Assembly (NCBI RefSeq): GCF_006345805.1
Contig: NC_043024.1
Coordinates: forward strand, 9,734,001 to 9,798,000
Direction: 5' to 3'
Length of the DNA stretch: 64,000 nucleotides
DNA from: Octopus sinensis
Lineage: Eukaryota
How positions within the stretch are numbered: the stretch's first letter is position 1; the number at the start of each line of letters is the position of its first letter. This document shows positions 59,835 through 64,000 of this stretch, piece by piece. Both the position numbers and the translations under genes were made by a program. The notes under the pieces were generated by a model. The model ran no database searches and was not told the DNA's origin. It worked only from the letters and a program-made list of their open reading frames with translations.

Positions 59835-60175
59835 TGGTCAGAAGCTTGAGAGGTGGTTGGATGGAACTTACACTCGCCTCCTTATGAGAGCTCAAAATCT
59901 CTCGTGGAAGCATCATCCAACCAAAGTACAAATATATGGGAAACTACCACCTGTGTCATCTCTTGTGAAAGGTAGGAGAGTCCAGTTTGCTGGACATTGT
60001 TGTAGAGCTGAAAACAAGGTAATTTCTACTCTTCTCCTCTGGAAGCCATCTGCTCATGATACCAGAGGGCGCACACTCTCCTACCCTGATGTAATCTCCA
60101 GGGATACAGGCATCCAGCAACAGGACCTCCGTAATGCTATGATGGATCGTGAAGTCTGGCATAGCATAATTATTA
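59835..60175 (+). mobile_element. RTE-type LINE 3' fragment in cortactin intron 4
   Basis: LDGTYTRLLMRAQNLSWKHHPT..QIYGKLPPVSSLVKGRRVQFAGHCCR...AMMDREVW. Confidence 0.8.
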
Positions 60176-60459
60176 TTTGAGGGAATATTATTCCAAACTT
60201 ACAGGGAAAAATTCAATTTAGAAATACTAAATCAAATTTCACAAAATATAATATATATATATATAAATTAGAAGAAAACCACCTTTTATCAATTCAAAAT
60301 GAAAAATTAAATTACACCATCTAGAAAATTACATATAATGGAAATATTAAAATTAAATATAAGATAAAATATATACTGATGATTAAGTAATGTGCAAAAT
60401 AATAAATAAAACGTATATATTTGGTAGAATAACAAATATATTTATCTATATATATATAT

Positions 60460-60664
60460 ATCCCGGAGTAAACACATAAATGTGAAACAAGGTGGAAAAA
60501 AGAGTACTCAAATACCAGGGGTAGAGTAATATGCTTTATTTAAAAGTAGCAGAAATTCAACAAAACCTGTTACTCTGAGTTTCATGTTCCCGTTCGTCGG
60601 ACAGTTTTGAATGTGAAACTCAGAGTAACAGGTTTTGTTGAATTTCTGCTGCTTTTAAATAAAG

Positions 60665-60700
<36 letters not shown>

Positions 60701-60781
60701 CACACACACACACACATACATATACGTGTACATGTGTGTGCATATATATTTGTGTGTAATATGTTATCAAAAGTGTGTGTG

Positions 60782-60861
<80 letters not shown>

Positions 60862-62185
60862 GTGTGTGTGTGTATGATATATCCTTAATCCTTTTTCTTG
60901 TCTTTTGCAGTCGGCTGCTGATTGGTCGTACAAAGGTCAAACAGAGAAACATGCATCCCAAAAAGGTTGAGATTATCTTTCATTCCATTCCTCCCAGCCT
61001 CTCACACCATCATTTATTCCTTTCTTTTTCTTTCCTTCTCTTCTTTTTCCATTCTACTCTTCTGTCTTCTCAATTATTGTTTCTTTTACTGAAAGCACAT
61101 GGCTCCCTAGTTAAAGCGTTTGGCTCACAATCACGAGGTAGTGAGTTCAATTCATGGACTGGGCCATGTGTTGAGTCCTTAAGCAAGACACTTTATTTCA
61201 TGTTGCTCCAGTTCACCTGTTTGTAGAAATTAGTTATGATGTCACTAGTGCCAAGCTGTATTGGCCCCTTTGATTTTCTACAGCTGAATGCCCTTCCTGT
61301 TGCCAACACTGTGGTTAGAGCATCAAGTTCACAATCAGGAGGTGGTGAGTTCAATTCCCGGACCGGGCTGTGTGTTGTGTTCTTGAACAAGACACTTTAC
61401 TTCACATTGCTCCAGATCACTCAGCTGTAGAAATGAGTTGTGGCAATGTCACAGGTGCCAAGCTGTATCGGCCCCTTTGCCTTTCCCTTGGACAACATCA
61501 GTGGCATGGAGACGGGAGGTTGGTATGCATGGGCGACTGCTGAACCTTGTCCAAACTTGTGCCTCGGAGGGGAACTTTCTGGGTGCAGTATATAGTATAT
61601 ATAGTTGAAATTTATAGAAAAACAAAAGTCGAAAACAGTTGTAAGAACAACAAGCAAGTGTATTAGTTTGATACTCGGAAAAATGAAAAACTCTTTTATG
61701 TTTCGTGCCTACACTCTTCAGCAGAAAGCAATTAGAGAAAATAAACAGAGAGAGAATGAAAAAAATCTTATAGATTTCAGCGGTCCAGCATGGCGAATCA
61801 TATATATACATATTGAAAAATTGGGGAATGGCATAGATAAATCCAGGCTACATATGTTTCATAGCTAGCAGCACCTTGGAAGTAGTATATTATCCAAATG
61901 AGGGGTAGAAGCTGCGTTTCAGGCCAAGGATACCTTGATTTCATTAAGGTTACATTGTAACCTTAATGAAATCAAGTAAAAGAGTAAAAGATATATATAT
62001 ATACCGGAGTAAACACATAAATGTGAAACAAGGTGGAAAAGAGAGTACTCAAATACCAGTGGTAGAGTAATAGACTGGATAGAATTGACATATCGGTTCC
62101 ATTCTAGCAAAAACTGTCCGATGAACGGCAACGGGAATCTCAGAGTAACAGGTTTTGTTGAATTTTTTGCTGCTTTAAATAAAGT

Positions 62186-62236
<51 letters not shown>

Positions 62237-62425
62237 TTTATACCGGAGTAACACATAAATGTGAAACAAGGTGGAAAAGAGAGTACTCAAATACCAGTGG
62301 TAGAGTAATAGACTGGATAGAATTGACATATCGGTTCCATTCTAGCAAAAACTGTCCGATGAACGGCAACGGGAATCTCAGAGTAACAGGTTTTGTTGAA
62401 TTTTTTGCTGCTTTAAATAAAGTAT
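60460..62425. mobile_element. Penelope-like repeat family: foldback at 60460-60665 and two tandem copies at 62000-62190 and 62240-62425
   Basis: shared ccggagtaaacacataaatgtgaaacaaggtgg...gtagagtaat; about 47-bp inverted arms near 60538-60660; decayed CCGA(C/T)GAA...GAAAC motif. Confidence 0.5.
60911..60965 (+). CDS. CTTN: Cortactin coding exon 5, half repeat ([18 protein letters not shown])
   Basis: tcttttgcag|TCG...AAAG|gttgag; 55 nt, phase 0-1; TEKHASQK motif. Confidence 0.93.
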
Positions 62426-62489
62426 ATATATATATATATATATAATGTACTGACCAGTGATAGGAAATTCAACAAAAAAAGTACTCCAT

Positions 62490-62762
62490 CTCAACATAGT
62501 CACCGTTTCTCTCAATAGCAATGTTCCACCTTCGAATGAGAGCATATATTCCTGCCCTGTAAAATTCTGTTGACTGCTCTTTGAGCTTGCCACTCAAACC
62601 CTCTTTCATGGGGCCGAAGAGATGATAGTCTGCAGGCGCTAAATTATTCCAGTGATGAGGAAGTGAAAACTGTAGTGAAGAAGTGGCTCAAAGAACAGTC
62701 AACAGAATTTTACGAGGCAGGGATACATGCTCTCATTCGAAGGTGGAACATTGCTATTGAGG
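62490..62762. pseudogene. Mariner transposase C-terminal fragment present as an inverted pair (62490-62586 -, 62607-62762 +)
   Basis: YSSDEEVKTVVKKWLKEQSTEFYEAGIHALIRRWNIAIE on +; LKEQSTEFY..IYALIRRWNIAIERNGDYVE on -. Confidence 0.8.
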
Positions 62763-63427
62763 ATTCCTTGATTTTATTAAGGTTACATTGTCATTTGGAG
62801 ATCCCGCTAGGGATTCAAACAAAATGTTATTCCATTCCCTAATTTTTGGATGTTTATTCGCATATACAACAACCCTTGTTGTTAAATGAGAACTTTATAA
62901 TTAACTTTTTTCGGCGTATCGTACTTTGGTATGGGAAAAGTTCGTAACCTTCTGCGCCAGTAAACTTCTGCTGTTCCTGAAAGTTGTTTTTTAAATCTTC
63001 TGTAGATTGCTTGAAGCTTACTAACTTCCTACAGCTTGATCCTTGGATCTTACCTTTACACACACATATAAAGAACCAGCTTCATTTTGATGTATGATAC
63101 ATGTTCCTGTGTTGGTAATTATACCTGTCTTAAACAAAATGGCATTACTTTATGACTCACTTTCGTATATAACTATTTATTAGATTTAGTAAAGCCCTTG
63201 GATTAACTCCGAAGTTAATTCTTCCTTCCATATGGCTTTTGTTGCAACTAACACTACCTGGACCATTTGTGGTGGCTTCGGTTTTATTAACCCTCGAGAT
63301 GTTCTGAGGACACTTAGAGGACGTTTAGTGCTTGTAGTATTTAGATTGCTGCCCTCAGTGACATCTGGTGAGCAATATGAACCAGAAACCCTCAAACATG
63401 GATCTCGACTCTTCTGTTATCTCACAG

Positions 63428-63538
63428 ATTATTCAAAAGGATTCGGCGGTAAATTTGGTTTGCAAAAAGATCGCCAGGATACGAGCGCAGTTGGATATGA
63501 ATATGAAGGCAAAGTCGAAAAACATCAGTCGCAGACAG
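63428..63538 (+). CDS. CTTN: Cortactin coding exon 6, one 37-aa repeat ([37 protein letters not shown]); gene continues beyond the window
   Basis: ctcacag|AT...ACAG|gtaatg; 111 nt, phase 1-1. Confidence 0.96.
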
Positions 63539-64000
63539 GTAATGAGAATGCCAGAGTGTGTCTAATTACAAACAGGTAATGAGTGTGAACTTTGAAGCAT
63601 TTGAAACCATCTAGGTAAGATAAGTGATGGGTCTTTTGTCATTTGTCAAGGTGGAATAATGACTTATAAAATCTTATATAAATAGTCACAAAATGTGACT
63701 GTGTCACTTCTATACAATAAAAATTCCTGGGGTTTAACTGTTGGATTATGTGTGTGTGTGTGTGTATGCTATATATATATATATATATATATACTTTTAT
63801 ATATATATATACTTTTTATCTTATACTAAATTTTTAATACTTTTTGATAGCTATATATATTTAAGTATATATATATATATAAATATAAAAATTCATAAAT
63901 ATAAATTAATAATTTTAATTTTTAAATTTTATATTTTATATATTTTGTATATTATATTAATTATTTTTCTTTTTATGTTTTGGTTTATGTTTTCCATTGT

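Noticed and set aside
60575-60607. Hammerhead in the 60.5/62 kb repeat family
   Set aside because: CCGACGA and GAAAC are present but helix II, helix III and helix I are poorly paired; not counted among the motifs.
63232-63427. N-terminal extension of the ORF containing cortactin exon 6
   Set aside because: Chance open intronic frame; the acceptor at 63427 gives the correct phase with exon 5.

Overview
Repeat-saturated animal genomic DNA. The SINE/LINE families and extreme (TA/TG/ATT/GATA)n load look like an octopus or other coleoid cephalopod; this is an inference from repeat content only. Two spliced + strand genes are supported. (1) The last 11 coding exons of CCDC93 (586-15209, 278 aa plus stop, all GT-AG, phases consistent). 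(2) The first six coding exons of cortactin (50796-63538: NTA with DDW motif plus cortactin repeats; the gene runs off the right edge). Almost all ORF-track entries are microsatellite or retroposon noise. The remaining sequence is tRNA-derived SINEs, CR1, RTE and R4/Dong-like LINE fragments, MITEs (TTAA, 8-bp-TSD and Tc1/mariner types), a Helitron-like tandem, and large tandem arrays grown from an RTE 3' UTR module (62-bp x about 78 in a cortactin intron; 129-bp higher-order repeat; 68-bp array). The most interesting signal, not visible in the ORF track, is about 14 minimal type-I hammerhead-ribozyme motifs in Penelope-like foldback/tandem repeats. They include one with a fully canonical core on the CCDC93 sense strand next to a 60-bp antisense arm, and natural core variants in which the tertiary 3-8 pair appears as C:G, U:A and G:C. 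All folds were read by eye; none has been computed or tested.
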